Below the pieces are notes generated by a model. It ran no database searches. It had not been told where the DNA came from and saw only the letters and a list, made by a program, of their open reading frames with translations. A stretch of 64,000 nucleotides of DNA from Trichosphaerium sp. ATCC 40318 (Eukaryota > Protista > Tubulinea): NCBI GenBank assembly GCA_038496445.1, contig JALMLS010000593.1, positions 277,915 to 341,914 on the forward strand, read 5' to 3'. Numbering within the stretch: position 1 is the stretch's first letter; each line of letters opens with the position of its first letter. This document shows, one piece after another, positions 38,242-51,200 of the stretch. A program made the translations under genes and the position numbers.

Positions 38242-39447
38242 TTATTCACTTTGAGCCTTCGTAGGCTCCTTTAATATCTCAAGGCTCTTTTCTAGTAAGC
38301 TAACATCTTCTCCAGTTGCTTCTTTCATTGCGCTTTCTATAAGAGGCAGAGCATCCATTACCTTCAAGCGAGCCAACGAGAAACAAACCAATGTTTCCAT
38401 TTCATAGCTGACTCTATCCTTTTTCATCTTTAGCAGGTCCATGTCACCACCGCTAAACCTAACCATACCACCAGGCTCTGTTTTATCACTCTCTTCAAGA
38501 GTATTAGGAGTAGGGAATTTCGGCAAACACAAAAGAAGCACTTTCTTAGAGTAATCCGAACCGATTTCTCTTAACTGATTTAAAGTGCGAGTTCTATTGT
38601 ACGCTCTTGGACTTTGTAGGCCTACCATACTGATTTCTAAGAACATGTCGTACGCCATGGTGGATGTATCAAAGTCCTTATGAGCACGTTCTTCGAAAAT
38701 CCACCTTGCGATTCCATTTGTAATGAACCATCGAAAACTGGCCATTGGCTCGCCTTTTTCTAATTTTACGATTCTCTCGAGAGCTGCAGTAATGTCGTTG
38801 GCCTTCGGTTTACATAAACACTCTTCCTCCAAGAACTCATCCATCCCAGCAATTATGTTCCAAGAGTCCACGTTGCACCCATAGAGCCCGAAGTACAACA
38901 TAAACTTTTTAGCAGGTGCGTTAAACTTGTTCTCAAACACGTTTTTCAAATCGTCATCGCTTTGAGAGTTGTTTACTGCCTCGTGTATGTCTCTAGGGAT
39001 GATGCCGCCGTAAATTATTTGCCTCCTTCTTAAAGCTTGTCGTTGACGCTCGCCGCGCATGAGCTCGTTTAACGGTCCGGTAACACCGTTGTCGGCCAGC
39101 CGCTGAACTAAAAATTTGGCACTTTCTGGTGTCAGCAACATATCGCACGGCCAGTTTCCTTTATACCACCGAATCGATCTTCCATGGTGAAAGGCTATCA
39201 TGGCAACGTTTTCGTCTGCTTCGTCATAAAATTCGAAGGTTGGGTCTCCACAGCACATGCAATGCCCTCCACCGTGCGATTCTACAACGACAATTTGTTT
39301 AACGAACTTTTGGCACACGTCTAGGCCCTTTTCTTCAAACAGCGTTTTCTCTTGGCTCTCGTCTCGATGACAAACGCCACGAGATCGAACGCGAATCCTA
39401 ACCACTTTTTGAAGGTGGTTGTAAAGCATATCATTTGCACCTATCAT
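38242..39447 (-). CDS. Intronless hypothetical protein of bacterial appearance (about 401 aa)
   Basis: A 1.2-kb uninterrupted ORF with the motif HCMCCGDPTFEFY...AFHHGRSIRW...W..D..LT.ES...L...L...GV.GP and a helical, HEAT-like C-terminus. Confidence 0.75.
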   Translation of the reverse strand: MIGANDMLYNHLQKVVRIRVRSRGVCHRDESQEKTLFEEKGLDVCQKFVKQIVVVESHGGGHCMCCGDPTFEFYDEADENVAMIAFHHGRSIRWYKGNWPCDMLLTPESAKFLVQRLADNGVTGPLNELMRGERQRQALRRRQIIYGGIIPRDIHEAVNNSQSDDDLKNVFENKFNAPAKKFMLYFGLYGCNVDSWNIIAGMDEFLEEECLCKPKANDITAALERIVKLEKGEPMASFRWFITNGIARWIFEERAHKDFDTSTMAYDMFLEISMVGLQSPRAYNRTRTLNQLREIGSDYSKKVLLLCLPKFPTPNTLEESDKTEPGGMVRFSGGDMDLLKMKKDRVSYEMETLVCFSLARLKVMDALPLIESAMKEATGEDVSLLEKSLEILKEPTKAQSE

Positions 39448-39858
39448 AGTTTCTTTAGAAGAGTTTCTTTCGAAGAGTTGGTTTGGCCGGTTTAGTTGAA
39501 AAATAGTCAAAAAAGTTTTTCAACAAACGCTACATGTTTGTGATGTTCGCTTTATGCAACAGTTGCCATTTAGAATAATAACGCTGGTAACACGTGATTA
39601 ATTGCGTGTTTTTTGGCACCTAGATTGTCAACTTTAGCTCAGCGATGTCAAAGTTCGTCACGAAAACCAGGAGGCAAAAACCATCAACTAACGCTTCCCA
39701 GCCGCATTCAACAACCTGTAAACTATTCACTGGAAATGAGAGATTCTAGTGGTTGGTAGGCGGTTGGAGTTCAAAATAACGCGTACAAGTTTTGCGCACT
39801 TGACTCTTGTTTGACTGTTGTGCCATCAGGCATAAATCAGGTCACAGAAGCAAGCGCG

Positions 39859-40726
39859 ATGTTGGGAAGACTTGCTGCTAGGCATGTAATGAGGCCAGAC
39901 GCGCCTTTGCAAGCCCGCTCGATTAGAACGCATACAAAACAGCCAAAAACACTTAATTATGCTTCAATTAAACAGTACTCCTATCTCACGGCAGTAAAAA
40001 CAACCAAAAATTCGAACTACCTTCGATTTATACAGAAACAACCCATTAGAATGTACTGTGAACAAGTAAATCAAGTTGGAGCGAACGAAGTTATTGAACA
40101 AATGGACACAGCAGAAGAATTGGAGCAAATGGACCCACCAGGCGAAGAAGAGGCAATGGAAGATCCAGAGGGCATAGAGGGACCAGAAGCTGACGGTAGC
40201 ATGTTTATAGACGAAGATGAAGAGGTTGACCCAACCGGTGAGCAAAATGTAATATCTCACGAGTACGCGCACGCATTATTAATTGTGGCTAAACGAAATC
40301 TAGGGAATGTGGCATTTTGGACATTAAATGTTCCACTGCGAATATCTACATGACGCTGACAGATGGACAAGGCAAAGTAATTCACACTGTAAGCGGTGGA
40401 ATGGCGAAAATAGGCGTCAACAAGAAGGGTACGGTATTTTAATTAAATTCTAAAAACGAGCTGACAGTGATACTCTTTCAGGTAGAAGAACCAAGAAAAA
40501 TAAATTCAACAGTGACGCTATGGTTGTTTGCGCTCGTATGCTTGCCGAAAGAGCTTTGGAACACGAAGTTAACTTTGTCGTTGTTCGTTTGCGCTTAGCT
40601 GCAAATCCTAGTGTGAAATCACTCTTGAAAGAGTTTGTTCAAAGCGGTTGTAAGATTTTACATTTTGAAGAACGTATACCAATAGCACACAACGGTTGCA
40701 GACCAAGGAAAATGACACGCCAGTGA
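39859..40726 (+). CDS. MRPS11: Mitochondrial ribosomal protein uS11m, nucleus-encoded
   Basis: Presequence MLGRLAARHVMR, then an acidic linker. The spliced core reads GILDIKCSTANIYMTLTDGQGKVIHTVSGG, and the C-terminus carries the S11 signature PIAHNGCRPRK. Confidence 0.85.
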
Positions 40727-41112
40727 TATTTCGGAGGGACAATTTTATATATGATTGTGGCTGCCTCATTGCGTCGGTCATCACACTGATGCTATCTATG
40801 CGAACTTCCAACGTTGCAACTGGTAGTATTATAAAATCTCAAACAACAAAAAAAAACAATGTACTTTCTGTAACTAAAATAACAATTGCTTGAGCATTTA
40901 TCTGCGAATTACTATAGTTGTTCAGTTTGTAGTTTTGTTAATTAGTTTTGTGGGTACTGTAAATCTCACAATCCGTCACGTTGTGTTGTGAGCCGAGTAA
41001 TTCTGCAATGAGTAACTTCTGACATAGCATTTAAATTTAAGACAGAAAACAGTTTTCGGGTGCTGCACTTGGCCAAATAAAAACTGCAACTTTATTTTAA
41101 ACACTACTAAAT

Positions 41113-44100
41113 ATGGAACATGTTGTTTCTGACCTAGTGCGCACTGTTCAAGATGTGGCGCTTAGGGTAGTTCCATAAAATAGTTGGCAGTTTTCTTTAA
41201 CTTTTTTTATTATAATTTTCGACTGGCTTCACTGGATTCATTTATTGTAAGGTGAAGCAACAATCAATTTCAAAATTCTTGGCCAATTTTTCTTCGCGAA
41301 AAAGTACTTAAAGTTCCCTGTTATAAAACACAGAATTTTTACGCGAACAGCCAGGCAACATGTTTATTCGAGCGTCAAGAGCTGTTTACAACGCATCAGT
41401 AACAAATGCTACAGTTCCGAAAACTAAAATAGTACGTACACGCCTTCTCACGCTTCGTATCGCATAGTCTTTATCTCAAAACGCGTTTATCTCCAAGTCA
41501 TCTTTTCTGACTCAGCTAGTCGGTACCTTCAAGAAACAGCACCGGAGGAGAAGAGAGACTCACTACGCTATATGGTTCTCTGACTTTTAATGATGCGATT
41601 ATGAGAGAGCGCCTTTCCGTGTCAAACTACAAGGAAATAAGAGGTACGTGCGTCAACAGCCGTATTACGCTAACTCAAGCAAAAGCGGCCGTAAACAATG
41701 GGAAAGCTATCCCTCATAAAAATGCAGAGGCGTACGCCCAAGCGCTCAAAGCGTGGGCGATGCAGAACGGCGTAACCCATTTTGCTCACTGGTACACCTT
41801 GCTTGCTTGCTATCAGTTCCCTAAACACTCGTAGGTTCCAACCACTCACTGGCAAAACTGCTGAAAAGCACGACTCTTTCATCAAGCCAGTGTCCAATGA
41901 TGAAGGCAAAATCATCTCCAACTTTTCTGGAAAGCAACTCGTAGAAGGAGAGCCAGATGGATCATCATTCCCAAGGTACGGTCGGAGGCACAAGCAAAAA
42001 CCTCTAGACCCCAAAAAAAAAAATACAATCAATCAATTTTACGATAAAGCAACTCACATTAAACTCTTAGTGGTGGTCTTCGCGATACACATGAAGCCCG
42101 TGGTTATACAGTATGGGAACCTAGGATCCCACCATTTATCCACGTTGAGGGTAATACACCAACACTATTCATCCCGTGGTGCGTAGGAGATTTGTTTTTT
42201 CGAAAGAAAAAAAAAACCAACAAGATAAAAAACATTGTTTGTGGTTTGGATATTTTTTTCTTATTCCTACCACAACATTCCATTCAATAGTTCTGTAAAT
42301 GCTCCAATAGTTTGTTTTAATCCATAAAAACACGTGGGTAAATGCTAATATACCTGTAGCTGCTTCTACTCATGGAAAAAGGGTGAGAACGGTTTAAACC
42401 ACGCTCTTGATAGAAAAACACAGCTCCTACGCTCCGAAGTAGCGCTACAACGCGAAGGATTAAATCTCCTTAAGGTGTCTGGCGAACAAGGTCATACAAT
42501 GGTAGGTTATTCTTTGTTTAAAGCCAAAACTAAGAGCCATTTAAGCTTCACACTGATAGTGGTATTGAACAAGAATTTTTCTTGATCGATAGAAAAGATT
42601 ACTTGGCTCGCCCTGATCTTGTAGTATCTGGACGTACAGTACTTGGTGCTGCAGCTAGCAAGGACCAAGAGCTTGATGACCACTACTTCGGACCTATTAC
42701 AAGCCGCGCATGGGAATGCTTGAAAGCCATTGAGACAGTAAGTAGTAAATGAAAAGCATCTTCCCACACTTATGACTGCAAAGGCCTTATGGAAGCTTGG
42801 TATTCCATGTACTACACGTCACAAGGAAGTAGCTCCAAGTCAATACGAACTTGCTACAATTTTCAGAAGCTCCTCAATTGCTAGTGACTACAATACAATT
42901 ATGATGCAAATAATGAACATGTTCGTGCTTCTTTTTTTTCTTTTCTTGTCACAAGAAGACTCCTCTAAATGATACTCTTCAAGGGTTGCTCGCAAGCATG
43001 ATTTAGCTTTGCTATTACACGAAAAACCATTTGCTGGCGTCAATGGCTCTGGAAAACACAACAACTGGAGTGTAGGTATGTTGGAAACGGTGGACATTTT
43101 TTTTTGATATCCCTGACACTATGTTTGTAGGTACTAACAAAATTGGTACTGTATTCGAACCTGGTGATGATCCAATCAAGAATGTCCCTTTCCTCTTGTT
43201 CCTTTCCGCTGTTGTACGTGGTGTAGACGTACATCAAGATATTATTCGTCACTCTATTGCTTGTACGTACTCGCTTTTTTTTCTGTTTTAAATGGAATTG
43301 ACCTTACATTTCTTTAGCCTCTGGTAACGACCACAGACTCGGAGCTAACGAAGCACCACCTGCTATTATTTCTATTTTCCTTGGTAGAAAAATCAAAGGT
43401 ATTGTAGATGAACTCGCTTTTGATAAGCCTGCTGAAGATATTGACCTATCTGTACGAAATTTTTTTGTTGTTTACACAGTATCACTGAATGATTTACTAA
43501 TAATTTTCTCCAACAGGTAAACATTGGAGTTCCTTCTCTACCAACTGGACAACGTCATGACGGTGATCGTAACAGAACATCACCATTTGCTTTCACTGGT
43601 ACTACGCCTTGAAAACAACTTTTTCTTTTAGTTACAAAAAATCCTTTGTGTTTAACTTAGTATTATAGGTAACAAGTTCGAATTCCGTGCTGTTGGTTCC
43701 TCACAATCTGCTGCTGTATCTAACACAGCTCTTAATGCTATAACTGCTGACTCTTGTAAATACTTGGCTGATGAAATCAGTAAAGCAAAGGAAAGTGGCT
43801 TAGGTAGCGAAGAAGCCACAATGAAGGTATGTCCATTGATGATCTCTGGAGTGTTTCTGGCTTTGAAATAACACATTATGTTAGGTTATTAAAGAAACTC
43901 TCAAGAAGCACTCTAGAATTGTATTTGAAGGCAACAACTACTCTAAAGAGTGGCAAGACAAGATCGCAAAGGTAAGTTGTAGTTTTTTTTTGTGATAATC
44001 ATGACGGTTACTAAATTGCTTGTCAAGGATCGCGGACTCCTTAACTTGAAGAATACAACTGAAGTACTTGACTATGTCAACAATAACGAAAAGAACTTGA

Positions 44101-44728
44101 AGATGTACTCTGATATGGGTATCCTCAGCCACGAAGAATACCAAGCGTACATCAATGTCGAGTACGTTTTTTTGGATTTTTTTGGATTTGTTTGAGGATA
44201 AAATTTGTGTTGTTTTCTTATTGTTCTTTTTTTCTTTCTAGGTATGAGAACTTTGCAAAGAACGTCCATATTGAAGGAAAATCTCTTCATAAAATCTCTA
44301 ATACTATGATACTACCAGCTGGCTTCAAATACTTGCAACAACTTCCTGAAAACAGCAAGACATCAAAGAGAGTACTTGAGCTCTGTTTATCACTTGAAAA
44401 AGTTATTGATACTCTTGAAGCTTCACTCTCATCTTATGCTACAAAGGAAGGCAGAGAGGTATGTAACAAATGCCTCCTTCGGCTTTTTTTTAACTTCAAA
44501 AAAGTGTAACCTTGTTACTTGTTACTTACTGTGTTCTTTAAGGCTGCTTCTTGTGCTCAATCTGAAATTATTCCTGCTATGCAAAGTGTTCGCGATGTAT
44601 GTGATACTCTTGAGCTGAATGTAGACGCCGATTTGTGGCCCTTGCCTACTTATGAGGTACCCAAAAATCACGCTAATGTAACTTGATAACTCACTATAAT
44701 TTAGGAAATCTTGCATAGCATTGGTTAA
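41113..44728 (+). CDS. glnA3: Glutamine synthetase type III (multi-exon; alternative first exons at 41113 and 41360)
   Basis: [124 protein letters not shown] and WPLPTY. Confidence 0.96.
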
Positions 44729-45043
44729 ATCTAGGATATCTGCTTACCTCTTTGTATACATTTTTATTTACAAAATCCTTGCTTGGTTTAAAAGTTACAC
44801 ACTCACAACAAAACAAATAATAAACTCTGTTTTTGCGATTACCTGTGCACTACGTTACTATGTCAAAAACACCCACTTCTACTACAGTGTCACATTGCCA
44901 TCACATGTCATAATCTTTACTACCACAACAATTGCTACAGCAAGTGCTACATTGTACTCATTTACGTGGCAGAAGGAGATTTATTTATAATCTTTTTTTT
45001 TGTACAGTTTTCAAGGCTAAACAAATAACAACCCTTTCTTCCT

Positions 45044-45848
45044 TTATACCGCAAAATTGATACGTTCAAGCAACATATCTGACCATTGACAGTGAAGACC
45101 ACGTTTTAAAATACCATTACGAAGTGTATCTGCTGTGATATACCCAGGTACTTGAATATTAGAACCATAGTAGTCATCTTGTGCATACGGATCATAAGGT
45201 TCAGTCTGCATGCTATCACCAATTTGTGAAGTAGTGTAGCAGCTCGACAAGTATTGTAGCATAAAAGCCTTGAATTCAATATTAAACAACGCAAAGCAAA
45301 CGTGTAGAGAGATACACGTACATCCAATGCAGCACTAGCCGCGTAGACAGCATTTGGTGAGAGTTTCATGTTTTCTTCCTTCTTTACGAGGTGGTTTAAG
45401 CGCCTGTGTACTTCAAGAAACTCACGACGCCTGAAGTTGGATTGTCTGTATAGTAATCTTTTACGCGCCTGAGGTTGAAAGCGTTCAACTGTTGATTTTG
45501 TTGTTAGTCTACATTTTAACCTAAAACGCATTTTTCTTTGGTACGTACCTCTCTTTGGTCGTTGTCTGGATAGAGCTACTTGGTCATAGGCACCACGTAG
45601 AATTGACATTATAAAATAATTATGTAGAGTCACTATTTTTCGCGTTGTTAGTGTTTGTGTTGTATCTATGTATCGTTTGACGTACGTCTAGATGGTGTGT
45701 TTATATATTTTTTTATCTGTGTATCAAATTCAGGTTTAGTTAGTTTTCCGGCTATAAATCGTTGTAGGATATCGAAATAAGGGGTAAAGCTTCCTTGGAG
45801 TTCCTGAGCCAAAGCGCGTTTTTGATCTAATGATGATCTCTTCCGCAT
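45044..45848 (-). CDS. TADA1: SAGA complex subunit Tada1/Hfi1-like
   Basis: N-terminus L...L....PYF..L..FI.GKLTK.EFD......LHN.FI.SIL matches the SAGA-Tad1 family. A histone-fold-like segment follows (LSPNAVYAASAALD..LKA..IT..DL). Confidence 0.7.
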
Positions 45849-46309
45849 AGCCTTTTGTTGTTGTTGGCTATTTATTTGCGTTATTAACGTATTTTAAATT
45901 AATTACAAATTAAAAGCCCTGTAAATTGCCCTAAACGCATACGTACCTTCTCATTAGGTTACTTAGAGGCTGTTGTTGCATTGCTCTAGCTCTAGCTTGA
46001 TTACTTGCATAATGCGCCCTCATTGCCGCGTGGTTTACATTCCTATATTTAATTTATTTCGTGCGTGAGCAGAACATTTACCTATGCTGTGCCATCTTTA
46101 CAATTCCAACTAAACAATAAAACAGTTGACTTTTTTTTTACCCCAAGATTTTTTATACTCTAAGAGAACCCCCGCCTCGAGCCCGCACTGGCAATTAACC
46201 TTTTACAAAACTATACTACAAGCATAAACCGTAATCTGATAACCGTAATGAGACAATAGCAAACAAAAAAACAGTGAGACATCTGTCAAAAAAATGACAT
46301 ATTTCATTT

Positions 46310-48097
46310 TTATGACAATAGTCCTTTGAGAATTTCAATAAATTCTTGTACATCAGAGAAAGTATTGTAAAGAGGTGTAGGCGCAACCCTCATAATTTTA
46401 CCTCTTACATCAACAATTACGCCAAGCTGTTGTAATGCCTTTCCGATGTCTTTAGGGCACATGGCGTTATCATCACAAAAGTAAAGTGATAGCTGTGCTC
46501 CACGACGTTCTTTATCCCTAGGCGTCGTGATCTTAACTTTGCCCTGCAATTCGGAGTCCACAAGTGCTTCCAAATACGCTGTCAAGCGAAGAGATTTTTT
46601 GCGTAGCTCGTCAATACCGACCTTATCTATGATTTCCAACGACGCGTGTAATGCCACCACTGCAAGCACGCATGGGTTCGAAAGACGGTAGCGGAACGCT
46701 CCTTCAATTGGCCTATAATAAGATGAGAATTCAGAATACCACGTGTTACTAATACGTACGTCCATGGTGCTTTAAACGAGAAGCGTGTTTTTAAATCTTG
46801 TCCCCACCAACCAGCGAAATGTTTCAAGTTAGGATCCTTGTGATACTTCTCATGTACGAAGAACCCACCTTAACTATGTTAACCTATAATCTCCAGTTTA
46901 CTTTTAGACACGTACCTATACCACCAGGGCCAGAATTTAGGTACTTGTAAGTGCACCAAACCGCAAAATCTACGTTCCACTCATGAAGCTTCATTGGAAC
47001 GTTTCCGACAGCATGAGCGAGATCAAACCCTACCTTGCAGCCCTAAACATTATGTTAACAAAAAGATAGCGGCGGTGGAAGTAAAAAAAAACCAAAGGTC
47101 ACCTTTTCGTGAGCGGCCTTCGTGATAACTTCTAGGTCGTAGAATTTACCAGTTTCGAACTGAATACCAGGGAACAGAACTAAAGCAATTTCGTCTCCGT
47201 GTTCTTGAATATAAGCCACGATATCTTCTTCACGAAGACACGTTTCACCTTCACGTCTAGAATGAACCTGTAAGGACAAGTAATGATTGCTTGTTACCTC
47301 TTTAACTGAATTAAACCATCCTTTGGGTTGAATCCATGAGCTTCCAGCTGAGACATACTGGCGTACTATTGATATTAAAACAACCAATACAAAAAGGAGG
47401 AAAGCAGCGCTGAATTTGTTTCACTGACAGTTTTGTTTGGCGTACAATATCAGATGGAAACGCTTGATCCTCAATTAATATTTTAAAACGCGTTGCGGTT
47501 GGCCTGTAAAAGGATACCATCGCGAGATGTAAATTAACCGACAGAGAATTCATAATTGCGACCTCTGAGTCATATTAGGCGTGAGAATTCGTACAAGCGT
47601 GTACCTGACTTTTTAGCTCCAACTAAGCGAGCACAACCACCTAAAGCTCTTAGAAACACTGAACATAGACATACATCACCGTACCTGTAACTATCTCGTC
47701 AATAGTAAGCCAAGGCCATTTATTTTCCTTGTCAGGGAAATGACCCTCAACTCCAATGTTTTGCCATTTTTCTAGTTCCCAGAGCAGTTTTAGCGCGAAT
47801 ACGAACAAGTGGTTAGTACCTGATTCAAATATTTCTTCAGTGACTTTGGTTGCAAGCCAAGCGAATTGCCACAGAAGTACAGCGCTGTAGCGTCACCTTA
47901 CAAACGTCAAAGCTGTGTGGCGAAGTGTTAAAACCAATACCTTGTGCTGGGTTGTAGTTTGAACGCTTTGGCAAGTGGAATTTCTCTCTGTGCTTACGTA
48001 GATCATCCTTGCTGTCAAGTTTCGCTGCCAATTGTGCTGACGGTATAGGAACGCCTTCTTGATTTGCTTTGTCTTGTAGCCATTGAGGTGCGGACAT
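46310..48097 (-). CDS. KYNU: Kynureninase
   Basis: [50 protein letters not shown] region [45 protein letters not shown] and RVAPTPLYN. Confidence 0.96.
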
Positions 48098-48209
48098 GGC
48101 GAGATTATAAAGTAATGGGACACAATTTGACTTGGGTGCTTTTTAGGCAAAAAAAAAAATACAATTTAAACGAGCTACAATGGAATGTGATTTATTACAA
48201 AGCTAACAA

Positions 48210-51200
48210 TTAAACAGCAGCATTTTTGAGTTTTAGCTCTTTAGCTTTGCTTTGTAGTTTGCGGACAAGGTCATCGTTGACTTCCTTGAGTTTGTCCATC
48301 TCGGTGTTGCTCTTCTGGAGTGCGTCAGCGGTACCAGATAACAAGTCGCTTGACATATCGAGTGTGTCCTTGATGTCGTTGAGACTCTTTTCGCATTCTT
48401 CCTTTTGCTTGTTGGCTCTTTCCAAGTCACGTGCGCCATCGGTAATAGCATCACGGAGTTCGTCCATCTCAAGCAACAAGTCTTTGTTTTGTTTTTGGAG
48501 AGCAGCGAATTTGCTTTCTGCAGATTCGAGTTCGGATTGGGAAGCCTCCAATTCGCCCTTCAAACGCAAAGCGTCTTCTTTGAGCTTTGTTTTCTCAGCA
48601 TCGCTTTGTTCAATGCGAGATTTCAAATCATCAGCTTCAGTGATCAACTTGGTCTTTTCCTTTTCCAAGTCTTCAGCAGCGCTCTTCAAGTCATCAATGT
48701 CATCCTCCAACTTGTCTTTATCACCTTGAAGTTGTCTGTACATAAAGTTAGAAGTGACACTAGCAAATAGGTTTCGTACTTTTTATCCTTTTCAAGAGAA
48801 GTGTTGGCGGTGTTGGCGGCTTCCAATTTACCTTGGAGCTCGATAACTTGGACATCGAGGTCTTTGCGAACCTTTTCGATATCAGCTCTGAGTTTTTTCT
48901 CGCTCTCTAGTTCAAGACCAAGCTCAGCGACTTGTTCAGTCAATTTACGAGACTTCTGCTCAAAATCATCTCTGGCAGCCTCGGCTTCGGCGAGTTTGCG
49001 TGTGAGGTCCTTGATTTTGGCTTCGTTCTTGTTGTTGGCTCTATCAGCTTGTGCAGCCTTTCTCTTTTCGTCTTCAAGAGATTCAGTAAGCTCAGAAAGC
49101 TCGGTTTTGGCGTTTTCAAGATCTTTTTGCAAGCCAGTAGATTTACGTTTCTCAACGTCGAGATCGCTTTCGGCATCGTCCAATCTATGGTAACGTTAGA
49201 CAGAGTAATAGCAAGTATTAAATTTTAAAAAACGCACTTGTCTTCGAGTTCAGCCTTTTCTTTCTTAAGCTTATTGAATTTGGCTTCAAGGGCTGCAGCA
49301 TCTTCCTTCAAAGCATTCAATTCGGTATCAGATACATTAGCTCTGCCTTGAAGACCTTCAAGTTCATCGTTGGCATCTTCAAGCTTGTTTTGAGTTTCGA
49401 TCAAGTCGTCCTCAGTCTTCTTCAATTTCTTTCCGAGGTCAGAGGCCTTTTTCTCAGCAGCGGTCAAGCTATCGGTGGCAGCATCGAGGTCCAATTCCAA
49501 TTGCTTACGATCTTTGTCGAGCTTTTGGCGGGCTCTCTTCTCCTTTTCGAGATCTTCATTTGCTTCGTCAAGTTGTACGTTAAGTTGCTTGCTCAAAGTA
49601 TCAGATCTAGATTTGCCAGAAGTCATCTCAGCAAGATCAGCATCGAGATCCTTAACTTCTTGTTCGAGTTCCTTCTTGGACTTTTCGAGTCTTTCCTTGG
49701 CTTCAGTTTCTTCATCGAGTTTGTTGTTCAAGTCTTCGATGTCCTCTTGAAGCTTTTTCTTGACACGCATGAGGTCATCCTTGGCGGTTTCAGCGGCCTC
49801 AAGGTCGTCCTACACAGCAAGTTAAACCAAGCAACATTATTGCAAATAGTACCTTAGCATCATCGAGATCACCTTGCAATGTAAGATTTCTCTTCTTCAA
49901 GTCAGCCAATGCTTCGCGCTCAGCATCGAGGTCAGCGTTGATGTTCTCAATCTCACTTTCGATACGTTTTTTGTCGTTTTCGAGGGAAGCAACTTTAGAT
50001 TCGAAGTCATCAGCACGAGCTCTTTCGGCGTTGAGGTCATCTTCAGTTTCTTGGTTTTTGTCCTTTAGGGACTGAATTTCAGCTTCGAGGGAATCCTTGA
50101 TTGCGACAGCAGCCTCCATCTTCTTGGTGAGCTCGTCAATTTGATTTTGCAAGTTCTCCTTGTCAGCGGCGTGGTTTTGAATAGTAATGAGTGGGCGGGC
50201 TTTGACGTAAAGTTTGAACCATGTCCAGTTCTTGAATTCTAACCAAGCTCTGTAGGAGGAACAAGTAAGTAATGTGTACAACATGAGTGAGTAGGTAGTA
50301 CCTGATGTTACGTTGAATAATCTTGGATGCAATAGCTCTCTCTTGAGTCTTTTTGTATAGTCTACGGTATACGTAACCACGGCAAGCGGCTTGCAATGTT
50401 ACAATCATACCGGAGATCTTTTTTTCGCGCTCAGCTTCGATCTTGGCAAGCTCACCAACACGGAAGAAAATCTTTGTGATACCGTATTGGAGCTTTTCCG
50501 GGTTGATAACATTGTCGCCACCCTTTTCAACAAGGTAGTCAATGATTCCCTTAGTTGCTCCCTTAACATCAGCAGCACGTCTTGGAATACCAGGCGCAAT
50601 GATGTAGTAACGTTTCAAGAACGTTTTGTACAACATTCTGTTAGGGAAACCTTGACGTTGGATACGAATACCTTCCAATACACCATTACAACGCAATTGA
50701 AGGAGGACAATATCATTCTCGAGTTCACCAGAGACTTGCTTCCTACACAATAATTTAATTGTCAAGCTCTAGCAGTTATTATAACGAACCTGTTAGGAAG
50801 GATACATCTAATAAAGTGAGGGTATGTGCCACGCAATGTGGACATCAAGTCGTTGAGTTGGTCCTTGTAAGCACCACCAACAGTAATGAAGTTAGCTCCC
50901 TATCAAACAGTGAGTGACATTGAACTACAAAATGGTTAAAAAGTACGTACTCTGCGAGAACCCTTCTTTTGTTTACCGGCGCTGCCACCAGGTTTGTTCA
51001 AATCGAACTCAGAGAAGAAGTACTTGATGAGTCTGGATTTGGAGCCAATGATAGCTGCTTGCAAATCGGTTTGGAGTGGATCTCTGTTTTTCTCTAACCA
51101 CTTATCGGTATCGTACTCGACTTCACCGGCGTAGTGACGAAGACAGAAGTTGTTCTTTTTTCCGAGCTCGTTCTTGTAGTATTTTGGGTGACGACCTTTG

